A DNA stretch of 64,000 bases, taken from an uncultured Lachnospiraceae bacterium. Its GTDB lineage: Bacteria > Bacillota > Clostridia > Lachnospirales > Lachnospiraceae. A program made the translations under genes and the position numbers. Positions 1-9,974 of the stretch are shown here, piece by piece. Each line of letters opens with the position of its first letter. Positions within the stretch are counted from its first letter, which is position 1. The notes below the pieces were generated by a model. It did no database searches, was not told where the DNA came from, and saw only the letters and a program-made list of their open reading frames with translations. The DNA is taken from contig CANQYY010000006.1 in NCBI GenBank assembly GCA_947628225.1, forward strand, positions 22,378-86,377. Reading direction: 5' to 3'.

Positions 1-1288
1 GTTTATCAACCTTTACGCCCTCTTCCTTTAAGAGAATGTCCATACCGATCTTGAGCGCCCCCAGCGCCGTATAAAGATTGACGCGCATAAAGTTCGCCAG
101 CGTAAATCTGCTGTTCGGCGTCCGCACAAACAAGGGCCGCCCTTCCTCCATGCCGGTAATATTTTCTCCCGAAATATAATTGTAGGAAAGAAGCTTCCCG
201 CCGTTTGCCTCTCCTTCCATTGCCTTATTGTACAAGGTTTCAAAAAGCCGGTTCCTATCCGCTTGCGCGCCGATTGCCTCGGTAAACTCCTGAAAGATAT
301 TGACCCAGGCATTCAGATCGGAAGTACAGTTATTGCAGTGCACCATTGCCACTAAGTCGCCCGACGGCGTTGTCACCAGATCGAGCTCCGGATGCACCCT
401 GTCCAGCTCTTTTTCCAATACGACCATGGAAAATACCGAAGTCCCCGCCGATACGTTTCCCGTCCTTCTCTCTACGCTGTTTGTGGCGACCATACCGGTT
501 CCGGCGCCCCCCTCCGGCGGACAAAGCGGTATTCCCGGCTGCAAAGAGCCGGATGGGTCTAACAGCTTCGCGCCCTCCTCTGTCAGGCTCCCGGCATCTT
601 CTCCTGCCGGAAGCACCTCCGGAAAAATATCCGTCAGCTTCCACGGGTAGTTTTTGTCTGCAATCAACGCATCAAATTTATCCACCATGGCCGGATTAAA
701 TTTCCCGGTCGCTATATCAATCGGAAACATACCGGATGCCTCTCCCACTCCCAATACCTTTTTCCCCGTCAGTTTCCAATGGATATAACCGGCCAGCGTA
801 GTCTGGAAACAAATATCCTTTACATGCTCCTCGCCATTTAATATTGCCTGATACAGATGGGCAATACTCCATCTCTGAGGAATATTATAGTCAAACAACC
901 CGGTCAATGCCTCCGCAGCCTGCCCGGTAATGGAATTTCTCCATGTGCGGAACGGCACAAGAATCTCATCATCCGCCCCGAATACCATATAGCCGTGCAT
1001 CATCGCGCTAAAGCCGATCGCTGCAAGAGTGGTAATTTCCGTATTATATTTTTCCTTTACCTCTTCCTTCAATTTCCGGTAGCTGTCCTGCAACCCTGTC
1101 CAAATATCCTCAATAGAATAGGTCCATATATTGTCCACCAGTTGATTTTCCCATTCGTGGCTGCCGGAGGCAATCGGCTCATGGTCCTCCCCGATTAAAA
1201 CCGCTTTGATCCTGGTAGAGCCAAACTCAATTCCCAGAATTGCTTTTCCTGCTTCGATCACTTCTTTTTTCCCTGTCTGCGGCATCAT
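1..1288 (-). CDS. FGGY-family carbohydrate kinase (ribulokinase/xylulokinase-like), 3' end runs off the window
   Basis: Manual translation from ATG at 1288: [32 protein letters not shown]...[19 protein letters not shown]...[14 protein letters not shown]. Absent from the ORF track because no stop lies inside the window. The + strand ORF 300..650 is its antisense shadow. Confidence 0.88.
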   Translation of the reverse strand, partial: MMPQTGKKEVIEAGKAILGIEFGSTRIKAVLIGEDHEPIASGSHEWENQLVDNIWTYSIEDIWTGLQDSYRKLKEEVKEKYNTEITTLAAIGFSAMMHGYMVFGADDEILVPFRTWRNSITGQAAEALTGLFDYNIPQRWSIAHLYQAILNGEEHVKDICFQTTLAGYIHWKLTGKKVLGVGEASGMFPIDIATGKFNPAMVDKFDALIADKNYPWKLTDIFPEVLPAGEDAGSLTEEGAKLLDPSGSLQPGIPLCPPEGGAGTGMVATNSVERRTGNVSAGTSVFSMVVLEKELDRVHPELDLVTTPSGDLVAMVHCNNCTSDLNAWVNIFQEFTEAIGAQADRNRLFETLYNKAMEGEANGGKLLSYNYISGENITGMEEGRPLFVRTPNSRFTLANFMRVNLYTALGALKIGMDILLKEEGVKVDK

Positions 1289-1309
1289 TCTATTCTCCTT
1301 TTCCTTTTT

Positions 1310-2314
1310 TCACTGCTCGTTATTCATTCTGGCAAAACGCCAGGAATCCAGACACATTCTGTTTAAATCATACTGCGCCTCCCAACCCAGTTCCTCCTTT
1401 GCCTTTGCCGGATTGGCATAGCATTCCGCAATATCCCCGGCGCGGCGCGGCTTAATGGAGTATGGGATTTTCACCCCGCTTGCCTCCTCAAATGCCCTTA
1501 CAATATCCAGTACGCTATATCCCTTTCCGGTTCCCAGATTATATATATTGACCCCCGCGGTTTTGGTCACCTTCTGAACAGCATTTACATGTCCTTTCGC
1601 CAGATCCACCACATGAATGTAATCTCTGACGCCGGTTCCGTCCGGCGTGTCGTAGTCATTTCCAAATACGCCTAATTCCGGTAATTTCCCGACAGCCACC
1701 TGCATAATATAGGGCATCAGATTGTTGGGGATCCCGTTGGGACTCTCGCCCAAAAGACCGCTTTCATGGGCGCCGATCGGGTTAAAATAGCGTAAAAGGA
1801 CAACGCTCCACTCCTCATCCGGCACGCAAAGGTCGGAGAGTATTCCCTCCAGCATAAGTTTCGTGCTGCCGTAAGGATTGGTGGTGCTGAGCGGGAAGTC
1901 CTCTGTAATTGGTACGGTTTTTGGCGAACCGTATACCGTTGCGGAGGAACTGAAAATAATTTTTTTGCAGTTGTACTCATTCATCAGCTCACATAAATTC
2001 AGCGTCCCGGTAATGTTATTCTGATAATAAAGCAGCGGCTTTGCTACGGATTCCCCTACCGCCTTCAGACCGGCAAAATGGATCACGGCATCAAAGGTGT
2101 GCTCCTCAAAAATCGGGCGCATGCTTTCCTTGTCTAACATATCCGCTTTATAAAAGGTAAGTTTCTTTCCCGTAATTTTTTCTATCTTGTCCACTGCATC
2201 AATTTTGGAGTTATAGAGATTGTCAAATACAACAACCTCGTATCCCTGATTTAATAGCTCTACGCATGTATGGGAACCAATGTAGCCGGTTCCGCCTGAT
2301 ACTAATATTTTCAT
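1310..2314 (-). CDS. galE: UDP-glucose 4-epimerase
   Basis: MKILVSGGTGYIGSH (GxxGxxG), FAGLKAVGES, YGSTK (YxxxK), RYFNPIGAH. Start placed at MKILV (2314) after an aggag RBS, not at 2437. Confidence 0.97.
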   Translation of the reverse strand: MKILVSGGTGYIGSHTCVELLNQGYEVVVFDNLYNSKIDAVDKIEKITGKKLTFYKADMLDKESMRPIFEEHTFDAVIHFAGLKAVGESVAKPLLYYQNNITGTLNLCELMNEYNCKKIIFSSSATVYGSPKTVPITEDFPLSTTNPYGSTKLMLEGILSDLCVPDEEWSVVLLRYFNPIGAHESGLLGESPNGIPNNLMPYIMQVAVGKLPELGVFGNDYDTPDGTGVRDYIHVVDLAKGHVNAVQKVTKTAGVNIYNLGTGKGYSVLDIVRAFEEASGVKIPYSIKPRRAGDIAECYANPAKAKEELGWEAQYDLNRMCLDSWRFARMNNEQ

Positions 2315-2330
2315 CTTTTTCTCCTTTCTC

Positions 2331-3530
2331 TCACCCGCCGCCCGGTTTTCCTTCCAATTTGCCTGCCGGCATAATACAAGGAGGGCCTCCGATTTCAACC
2401 GGATAAAAATCCGCTTCATATCCGATCTTTTCCTCATATGCCGTTCCGACGTTTTTAATAAATGCTTCTACGCAATCTTCCCTTACAATGCTGATACTGC
2501 ATCCGCCAAAACCGCCTCCGGTTATCCGGGAGCCGAGAACGCCCTCCTGCTTCCAGGCTTCTGAAACTAACGTGTCCATTTCCACCCCCGTCACCTCGTA
2601 ATCCTGTGCCAGCGATAGATGGGATTCGTTCATTAATCTGCCAAAGGTACGGATATCCTGTCGTTTCAGGGCATCCATCGCATAAATTGTACGTCGGTTT
2701 TCATATACGGCATGCTTCGCCCGCCGCCTTCGCGCTTCCTCTTTAATCGCCGCCTTGCAGGTTTCAAATACGTCCTCTGTCAATTCCCCTAAGCTGTTAA
2801 TGGGAATTACCTGCTGCAGCTCCCGCAGAGCCGCTTCACATTCCTTCCGCCTTTCGTTGTATTTAGAATCCGCAAGCCCTCTTTTTTTGTTACTGCAGGC
2901 AATAATGAGCTTCTCATTTTCCAGCGAAACAGGAACATACTCATAGGATAAATCGGAGGTATCCAGAAAAATAGCATGTCCTTCCTTTCCCATAGCAACC
3001 GCAAACTGATCCATAATGCCGCAGTTTACCCCGTTATAATGATTTTCGGAATACTGCCCTATCAGCGCCAGCTCCTGATTGCTTACCGGAAAGCCAAATA
3101 AATCCCGCAGAATAAACCCGGTCAGCACCTCCACCGACGCCGAGGAGGACAGACCGGCGCCATTGGGGATCGTGCCATACAAAAGTAAATCCATTCCACA
3201 GTCCGGCTTCATCCCTCTTTTGGCAAAGCTCCAGATAACTCCTTTGGGATAGTTTGTCCATCCCGCCTCCTTTTTTGGCGTTAAATCCTCTAAGGAGGAC
3301 TCCACTTTTCCCACCTCTTTAAAATTCAGGGAATAAAAAACAAGTTTTTTGTCCTTCCTTTTTCTCGCTGCGGCATAAGTGCCAAGCGTCAGCGCACAGG
3401 GGAATACATGTCCGCCGTTGTAATCGGTGTGCTCCCCTATCAGGTTTACCCGTCCCGGCGCAAAATATATCGCAGCTCCTTCACTGCCGCCAAAAACTTT
3501 TGCAAACTCTGTCAGTAATCTCTCCTTCAT
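2331..3530 (-). CDS. galK: Galactokinase
   Basis: APGRVNLIGEHTDYNGG, GAGLSSSAS and GGGFGGC GHMP motifs. Confidence 0.97.
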   Translation of the reverse strand: MKERLLTEFAKVFGGSEGAAIYFAPGRVNLIGEHTDYNGGHVFPCALTLGTYAAARKRKDKKLVFYSLNFKEVGKVESSLEDLTPKKEAGWTNYPKGVIWSFAKRGMKPDCGMDLLLYGTIPNGAGLSSSASVEVLTGFILRDLFGFPVSNQELALIGQYSENHYNGVNCGIMDQFAVAMGKEGHAIFLDTSDLSYEYVPVSLENEKLIIACSNKKRGLADSKYNERRKECEAALRELQQVIPINSLGELTEDVFETCKAAIKEEARRRRAKHAVYENRRTIYAMDALKRQDIRTFGRLMNESHLSLAQDYEVTGVEMDTLVSEAWKQEGVLGSRITGGGFGGCSISIVREDCVEAFIKNVGTAYEEKIGYEADFYPVEIGGPPCIMPAGKLEGKPGGG

Positions 3531-3532
3531 AT

Positions 3533-3877
3533 CTAAAAGTTTGCCCCGTTATAACCCCAATCTGCAATCCCCTGATAGGTAATATAAATATTCCCCGACG
3601 GGATTCCCAGCTCTTCTTCGTAAATTTTACAAATCTCTGCCGTCATCCGATTATAAGCCTGGCTGTCGGCGCCGCCATAGACCTTCACTTCCACAAAAGC
3701 TGCCTTTTCGCATTTTTCACCTTTGAAATACAGCTTATACTCATCCTCAAATCCCACCATCAGCCAGCTCTCGCTTTTTCCGGGGATCGCTGTAATCGCC
3801 TGCCCCAGTTTTTTCTTAATGGCTTCTTCTTTTTCCTGTGAAATTTTCACGGTTACTTTTGAATTAATAAATGGCAT
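3533..3877 (-). CDS. MIF/tautomerase-family protein
   Basis: 114 aa with Pro immediately after Met (MPFI), PGKSE, and C-terminal NIYITY...DWGYNG, resembling the macrophage migration inhibitory factor fold. Confidence 0.8.
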   Translation of the reverse strand: MPFINSKVTVKISQEKEEAIKKKLGQAITAIPGKSESWLMVGFEDEYKLYFKGEKCEKAAFVEVKVYGGADSQAYNRMTAEICKIYEEELGIPSGNIYITYQGIADWGYNGANF

Positions 3878-3880
3878 ATC

Positions 3881-4153
3881 CTATTCCTCCGCTTTCTCTA
3901 CTTCTACGATTGCTTCCTTCTTCATCGGGATCCGGCAGTTTTTATTGCTGCCAAATTCCACGATCACAACCTCGTCCGTCATATCAATGACAACACCGTA
4001 AAATCCGCTGGTGGTCAAAATGCTGTCGCCTACCCCGACAGAAGATACTAACTCCTGATGTTCCCTCTCCTGCTTTTTCTGAGGCCGGATCGCAATAAAA
4101 TAAAAGCCTCCGATAATAACGGCATAAATAGCAATAATTCCAATCGTGCTCAT
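3881..4153 (-). CDS. yajC: Preprotein translocase subunit YajC
   Basis: N-terminal TM, IRPQKKQ, VGDSILTTSGFYG; lies downstream of tgt as usual. Confidence 0.93.
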   Translation of the reverse strand: MSTIGIIAIYAVIIGGFYFIAIRPQKKQEREHQELVSSVGVGDSILTTSGFYGVVIDMTDEVVIVEFGSNKNCRIPMKKEAIVEVEKAEE

Positions 4154-4169
4154 AAGTTACCTCCTAAAA

Positions 4170-5306
4170 TTAAATGTTTTCGCCGGATTCCATACGTTCC
4201 AGCTTTTCTTTTTTATATTCAGAAAAATTCCCACTGTCAATGGCTTCCCGAATTTCTTCCATCATTGTATTATAAAAATATAGATTATGCAAGACTAATA
4301 AGCGGAGTCCCAGCATTTCCTTTGCCTTTAATAAATGGCGGATATAGGCCCGGCTGTAATGGCGGCATACCGGACATTCGCATCCCTCTTCTATCGGTTT
4401 GTCATCCAGCTCGTATTTTGCATTCATCAGATTCATCTTGCCATAATTCGTATAGGCGTGACCGTGCCGCCCGTTTCTCGCCGGATACACACAGTCAAAA
4501 AAATCCACGCCGCGCTCTACCGCTTCCAGAATATTGGCAGGCGTTCCCACGCCCATTAAATAAACCGGCTTTTCCAACGGAAGATGCGGTACGGTTACCT
4601 CTAAAATATGGTACATCTGCTCATGGCTTTCGCCTACAGCCAGACCGCCCAGCGCATAGCCGTCCAAATCCAGTTCCCGGATCCTTTTGGCATGGTCAAT
4701 GCGGATATCCTCGAACGTACCTCCCTGGTTGATGCCAAACAGCATCTGCTCCTTATTTATCGTGTCCGGCAGACGGTTGAGGCGTTCCATTTCCTCCTTG
4801 CAACGCTCCAGCCACCGGGTTGTTCTCGCCACGGAGCATTCCATATATTCTCTGGTCGCCGGATGGGGCGGACATTCATCAAACGCCATGGCGATCGTAG
4901 ACGCCAGATTGGACTGTATCTGCATGCTTTCCTCCGGCCCCATAAAAATTTTCCTGCCGTCAATATGGGAGTTGAAATATACCCCCTCCTCCTTAATCCG
5001 GCGGAGTCCCGCCAGTGAAAAAACCTGAAAGCCGCCGGAATCAGTAAGGATCGGCCTGTCCCAGTCCATAAATTTATGAAGGCCTCCTAATTGGCGGATA
5101 ACCGTATCTCCCGGCCGCACATGGAGATGATACGTGTTCGACAGCTCCACCTGCGTGCCGATTTCTTTTAAGTCCAAAGTAGAAACGGCCCCCTTAATCG
5201 CCGCCACCGTCCCCACATTCATAAAAACCGGTGTTTCTATAACGCCATGAGGGGTAAAAAGCCGTCCTCTTTTTGCCCGCCCATCCCGGGCAATGAGCTC
5301 ATACAT
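4170..5306 (-). CDS. tgt: tRNA-guanine transglycosylase
   Basis: TPVFMNVGT, ILTDSGGFQVFSL, LMGVG, VDFFDCV, Zn site CECPVC...H. Confidence 0.98.
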   Translation of the reverse strand: MYELIARDGRAKRGRLFTPHGVIETPVFMNVGTVAAIKGAVSTLDLKEIGTQVELSNTYHLHVRPGDTVIRQLGGLHKFMDWDRPILTDSGGFQVFSLAGLRRIKEEGVYFNSHIDGRKIFMGPEESMQIQSNLASTIAMAFDECPPHPATREYMECSVARTTRWLERCKEEMERLNRLPDTINKEQMLFGINQGGTFEDIRIDHAKRIRELDLDGYALGGLAVGESHEQMYHILEVTVPHLPLEKPVYLMGVGTPANILEAVERGVDFFDCVYPARNGRHGHAYTNYGKMNLMNAKYELDDKPIEEGCECPVCRHYSRAYIRHLLKAKEMLGLRLLVLHNLYFYNTMMEEIREAIDSGNFSEYKKEKLERMESGENI

Positions 5307-5327
5307 TTTCTTTTCTCCCCTTCTGCC

Positions 5328-7025
5328 TTACTTTGTCACGCCAAATCCAAGAATCGTAAACTTCTTTCCCTCATCTCCGGATTTCATTGTGAATACTACC
5401 TCATGCGCCGCGCTTTCCTTTTCATCGATCAATATCTGGGCGTTGCAGTGCGCCCATCCATTATCCAACGGATTAATGCTCTTAACTACCGCTCCGTCCA
5501 CATAAATATCTGCCGTGCCAAATTCCGAAGAACCGGAGTCCTTAATCACAGCCACCAGATTTTTGCAGGTAATTTTCATGGAGAATCTGGCATCCTTTTT
5601 CGTCCCGTCATTCATCCAGTTATCCGGAAACTCTGGAGAAGCAGTCAAATCCATATCTCTCTCCACATATTGGAGCTCTTTGTCCGCCGCCTCAAACCCA
5701 TACGGGGTAATCTCGGCAAACTTGTCTGCATCCTTCCGGTCAAAACGGACAATATCCTTAAATTGGATGCCGTACACCGGCTCCTTATCAAGGGAAATAT
5801 CCTCCGGCGCTATTTCCTCCTTATCCACCGCCGCAAACAAATAGGCGATACAATCCCCCATAATCCGGTGCCCGTCATTGGTGGGGTGGTAAATATCATA
5901 GAAAAACTGACGCTTTGTTATAACATTGTTCACCTCAAACTGCGGTGTGACAGCATTCTTTACACTGACCATCGGCAGTTCATATCTCTCCCCGATCGGC
6001 TGCAGACGCGGCTGCAGATTATAGTCGCTCATAAATACGGCGAAGTTTAACAGAACGGCTGGCTTATTTTCCGTCTGCAGCACTTTCAGCACAAGGCTCT
6101 CGAAGCTGACGCCCTCTGTTTCATCCCCCTCGTCGTTTACGGCATATTCAATAATTACCAAATCCGGTTGGATCTCTCCGTCCTTCGTCACATCCCTGTC
6201 ATAGCGGATCATGCCCAGCTCGGAGGAAGTGCCTCCTACCCCCGCCTTTACATAGGAAACATTATCTCCCCCGCACGGAGAAAACATATCGCAGAAAGCC
6301 TTGTAAGAACGGTACGCATAGCACATCGTATTAATGGGCTTGCCCCCGGCTCCCTGAGTAATCGAGCCCCCTATGTAAGCAATCGTTACCGGTTTTCCCT
6401 GTTTTGCCCGTTCTATTACCCTTTTTAAGCGGTAATTATTTCCCGTGGAAACCAGCGAGTCTGCTATCATTTTTTTATAATCGGCAGAATCAAATTGTAC
6501 GGGCGGGTCTACCTGGATTTCCGGAACCTCATAGCCGTCGTTTAAGTAGAATTTAACCGTCAGCGAAACATTCTTATTTTCTTCCGGAAAAATAAAATTA
6601 AAGGAGCCGAAATTGTCGTCATCCTCATTGATTGGATAGGCATCCACCGGGAGAACCATCTCCTCTCCCGTGCAGGGACAGGTCATTTCCATAATCGTTC
6701 CCGTAGTATACTTATCTGTCTTTCCATAGCACTGGAACTGAAACTCCAATGTTTTCTCACGGTCCTCCGGCAGTTCTGCCTTTACGCTGACCCCAATACT
6801 ATGTACCAGTTTCCGGAATGTTTCCATACGGGGAAGAAGATTTAAAATTTCCTCGTCCACATCTCCCGAGGTAAACCTGACCTGATCAATCAATCTTCCT
6901 TCCAAAAATACATAGTCGCGGTTTACGCCGTCTTTTTCCTTTGTCCCTGAAATAGTTTTGTCTAATACAACATACAGACACGGTCTTTTATCCACCGGGT
7001 CCTTAGGTGCTACTGGCCCTCTCAT
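5328..7025 (-). CDS. SGNH/GDSL-family hydrolase (probable carbohydrate esterase) with N-terminal extension
   Basis: Blocks GGSITQG, GVGGT, EYAVND and DIYHP. Confidence 0.85.
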   Translation of the reverse strand: MRGPVAPKDPVDKRPCLYVVLDKTISGTKEKDGVNRDYVFLEGRLIDQVRFTSGDVDEEILNLLPRMETFRKLVHSIGVSVKAELPEDREKTLEFQFQCYGKTDKYTTGTIMEMTCPCTGEEMVLPVDAYPINEDDDNFGSFNFIFPEENKNVSLTVKFYLNDGYEVPEIQVDPPVQFDSADYKKMIADSLVSTGNNYRLKRVIERAKQGKPVTIAYIGGSITQGAGGKPINTMCYAYRSYKAFCDMFSPCGGDNVSYVKAGVGGTSSELGMIRYDRDVTKDGEIQPDLVIIEYAVNDEGDETEGVSFESLVLKVLQTENKPAVLLNFAVFMSDYNLQPRLQPIGERYELPMVSVKNAVTPQFEVNNVITKRQFFYDIYHPTNDGHRIMGDCIAYLFAAVDKEEIAPEDISLDKEPVYGIQFKDIVRFDRKDADKFAEITPYGFEAADKELQYVERDMDLTASPEFPDNWMNDGTKKDARFSMKITCKNLVAVIKDSGSSEFGTADIYVDGAVVKSINPLDNGWAHCNAQILIDEKESAAHEVVFTMKSGDEGKKFTILGFGVTK

Positions 7026-7169
7026 CTATTCACACTCCTTACTTTCTTTCACGCAAAAAAGGGAGCCCCCTTCGGATGCTTCTATAGTATATAATAATAC
7101 ATATTATAATACAAAACCATCGGCAAGGGTACCCCCTAATTTATTTTGTTTTTTCCTTTATAAATACCG

Positions 7170-9233
7170 TCAGCTCACCTTACTCAGCTTAAATGCCGTC
7201 ACCCTGTCCACCGGAGCCTTGCACTCGGAAAAGGCAGGAGATTCGTAAACTACATAGAGGTAGGAACCGCTGATGGCGATTCCCTCATTCATCGGCGGCA
7301 TTTTTACTGTCTTTTTCTTTTTGTTCTTTTTAATCACGGCAGAAGAAAAATTCCAGGAAGGCTTGTAAGTAACAAGCTGGGAAATAAAGCCGGATTTTCC
7401 TGACTTGGTCTGACAGGAGCGGGAAATAATCAGCTTTCCGTCTTTGGTGACCGCCGCTCCCTGCGTGCGGTTTGGCATAAGAATCTGATGCGTTTTTTGT
7501 AAGGAAGGCGCACCGGATTTATTTAGGATGGAATAGCCGTACATATACTTCTGAACCTTTTCATTATAAGCTCCTGCCCAGATTTTTCCCTTATAATAGG
7601 TAATATAGGACACCGTATCCATAGCGGCGCAGACCGAGGCAAAACGATAAATCTCCGTAAACTGCTTTTTCTTATTTGCGGCGGAGAGAATAACGGAATA
7701 TTTAATACTCTGCATTTTTTTCCCATAAGCAAGCCACAGATTCGTTCCGTCATATGCCATCCCTCCCACATGTCCTTTATGGGGAAGGACGATGCAAGAT
7801 ATATATTGACGGGTTTTTTTATTCATAATGTAAATAACCGACTCCTGTGCCTTGGAGTAATCATAGGCGGATATCAGAAGATAATTCCCGGCAAAGGCAA
7901 GGCTCTGCGGCACCATCCGTTTTGCATTAAATCCTCCCACATTCGTATTTTTCATCCCCGGGAGGATAAAACTTTTGGAATAGGAAATTTTCTTCCGGAA
8001 GGCTTTATATTTCTTATAAGCGGCAGACTTTTTAAACTTCTTTTTTGATTTATAGTATTTTGCCGCCGTACTTGTCTTACTTGCCTTTTTCGTTTTGGCT
8101 GACTTTACGTCAGAGGCGGAAGTCAGCTCCATGCCGGACACCGTCCGCACGGATACCACCTTGACATAATATTTCTTTTTCTGCGTCAGCCCATCTTTGG
8201 CAAAAATACGGGCGTCCAGAATGGACACGGTTCCCGCCAGCTTAAATCCCGAGGAGGCTTTGGTGGAAACATAAATGTAATACTTCTGCGCCCCTGTTGC
8301 CTTATTCCAGTATACCTTGACGCGCTTGTCCCCGCCCTTTAACTGGGAAATAACCGGAATCGCCGGCGCTGTCCCGTACAGTACGGCAGGGGAGGGATCG
8401 CCCTGATTGGAAATATCCGCGCCGTAGGCATATACGGTAAAATAATAATCTTTTCCGGTCTTGAGCCCGGTTACCTTATAGGACAAATCCGTGGTACTTC
8501 CCGCATAGGTATAGTCGCTTTTTGTTGACAGGCGGTAGTAAATGACATACCCGGTAGCTCCCTTTACCTCCTGCCACGCCAGTGTAATCTTCGTCTTTAC
8601 TGCAGCGGTCGCCCATACCCTGCTCACTTTGCCCGGCTTTGGCGCCACCGGCGCAATATCCGAGTACTCGCCTACCACATCTTCTGCGACTGCCCGGACC
8701 TTTATGTAAAGAATTTCACCGACCTCCAGATCTTTAAACGTATACTCTGTCTTCTCCGTGTCGGTTAAAAGAATAAATTCTCCTTCTTTTTTAGTGGAAA
8801 CATAAATTTCATACCGCTCTGCCTCCTCCAGCTCATTCCAGCCTACTTTCATGGAGTTTGCGGTACCGCCCTGCATACGGACGCCGGTTACCTGTCTTGG
8901 CACAACCGTGACCGTATATTGCGTTGACACATCCTGATACTGCACCGATATGGTCTGGCTTCCTAAAACAGAAGTATCGACTTTTACCGGCTTGTCCGGA
9001 TGTACCGTTTTTGTCGTATTATCGCTGTAATATACCAGCAGGAAAATATCGGATTCATCGAATTTACTTCCGTACGGGATTTCCATAGCGGTATCCGTCA
9101 CTTCGATCCGGGTAATTGTTTTCTCTGCCGGAGCAGGCGTCTGTTCTGCCTCAGCCGCTCTCGCTTTTGTTCCTAAAACCAGTCCTAAGCCCATAAGAAA
9201 AAAAATCATCCGGCTGATTACTCTCTTGTTCAT
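7170..9233 (-). CDS. Secreted protein: Ig-like domain, about 3 fibronectin type III repeats, Lys-rich linker, C-terminal beta-propeller-like domain
   Basis: Signal peptide ending ARA; Fn3-like W...Y.IY...Y.V.V patterns; PQSLAF, HVGGMAYDG and EGIAISG blades. Confidence 0.7.
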   Translation of the reverse strand: MNKRVISRMIFFLMGLGLVLGTKARAAEAEQTPAPAEKTITRIEVTDTAMEIPYGSKFDESDIFLLVYYSDNTTKTVHPDKPVKVDTSVLGSQTISVQYQDVSTQYTVTVVPRQVTGVRMQGGTANSMKVGWNELEEAERYEIYVSTKKEGEFILLTDTEKTEYTFKDLEVGEILYIKVRAVAEDVVGEYSDIAPVAPKPGKVSRVWATAAVKTKITLAWQEVKGATGYVIYYRLSTKSDYTYAGSTTDLSYKVTGLKTGKDYYFTVYAYGADISNQGDPSPAVLYGTAPAIPVISQLKGGDKRVKVYWNKATGAQKYYIYVSTKASSGFKLAGTVSILDARIFAKDGLTQKKKYYVKVVSVRTVSGMELTSASDVKSAKTKKASKTSTAAKYYKSKKKFKKSAAYKKYKAFRKKISYSKSFILPGMKNTNVGGFNAKRMVPQSLAFAGNYLLISAYDYSKAQESVIYIMNKKTRQYISCIVLPHKGHVGGMAYDGTNLWLAYGKKMQSIKYSVILSAANKKKQFTEIYRFASVCAAMDTVSYITYYKGKIWAGAYNEKVQKYMYGYSILNKSGAPSLQKTHQILMPNRTQGAAVTKDGKLIISRSCQTKSGKSGFISQLVTYKPSWNFSSAVIKKNKKKKTVKMPPMNEGIAISGSYLYVVYESPAFSECKAPVDRVTAFKLSKVS

Positions 9234-9338
9234 CTATGCCTCTTACCTCCGTTTCCTTATTTCTCCTGTTACTTTAATGGAATATTTTGTCACAAGAATG
9301 TCAGGGAAATTTGATGTTTGAGAAAAAAGCCATATAAT

Positions 9339-9376
9339 AAAGTTCCCCCATTCCTGAGCAGGAAAGGGGGAACTTT
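9339..9376. terminator. Hairpin downstream of tRNA-Trp (probable intrinsic terminator)
   Basis: aaagttccccc...gggggaacttt inverted repeat; the U-tract is short on the minus strand. Confidence 0.55.
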
Positions 9377-9409
9377 CTCTTTCTAATTCGTTTTTATCGA
9401 ATACCGTAA

Positions 9410-9480
9410 CAGGGGCACTAGGAATCGAACCCAGCTCTGGAGTTTTGGAGACTCTTATTCTACCGATGAACTATGCCCCT
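9410..9480 (-). tRNA. tRNA-Trp (CCA), CCA end not encoded
   Basis: AGGGGCA TA GTTC ATCGGTA GAAT A AGAGT CTCCAAA ACTCC AGAG CTGGG TTCGATT CCTAG TGCCCCT G folds as a cloverleaf with anticodon CCA. Confidence 0.95.
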
Positions 9481-9508
9481 ATTTTTAAGCGTCAACGCTC
9501 ACTTGAAC

Positions 9509-9537
9509 ATCATACATTTTTTCTTCCGGTTTGTCAA
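9509..9537 (-). promoter_or_regulatory. sigma-A promoter of tRNA-Trp
   Basis: TTGACA-17 nt-TATGAT with TG extended -10. Confidence 0.85.
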
Positions 9538-9628
9538 GAAAATTTTGGGGCATTATAATTAGTAAATATAAAAATGCAACATTCTAATAACAAGTGTTGC
9601 GCTATCACAAGACAGGGAGGTCTTATTT

Positions 9629-9880
9629 ATGCTCAGGCTTTCACTCAGTACAGAAGAATATCTTATGCTTGGCGACAAAATTAAAATTGTTTTCTTAGGA
9701 GGCAGCAACAATCATCTGAGAATTATGATCGACGCCCCTAAAGAGGTCAATATTGTGCGGAGTACCGTTTTGGAAAAACGGCATCCGGAATTAAAAGAAA
9801 CCGAACCGAAATACTATGCCGAGCCAAATCTTCCGGAGCGCTTTCGGAAAAAGAAAGGAACAAAACCGGGTAATAACTAA
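9629..9880 (+). CDS. csrA: Divergent carbon storage regulator CsrA-like RNA-binding protein
   Basis: LGDKIKIV...RIMIDAPKEVNIVR matches the CsrA pattern; gggagg RBS; directly upstream of flagellin. Confidence 0.8.
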   Translation: MLRLSLSTEEYLMLGDKIKIVFLGGSNNHLRIMIDAPKEVNIVRSTVLEKRHPELKETEPKYYAEPNLPERFRKKKGTKPGNN

Positions 9881-9974
9881 AGAGGGCAGCCTTTGCTGCC
9901 GGGCCCGCAGTACGGCTGTCCCTTTTTAGATATTATACAAGGCAGAAATGCCGCAAGAACAAAAAAACAAGCAA

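Noticed and set aside
4058-6050. Plus-strand ORFs of 224 and 267 aa, and many similar 60-200 aa ORFs across the window
   Set aside because: They lie antisense to or out of frame with well-supported genes such as tgt and the SGNH hydrolase.
9410-9480. Genome-wide UGA-to-Trp reassignment
   Set aside because: Conserved genes translate full-length under the standard code, several end in TGA, and conserved Trp positions use TGG.
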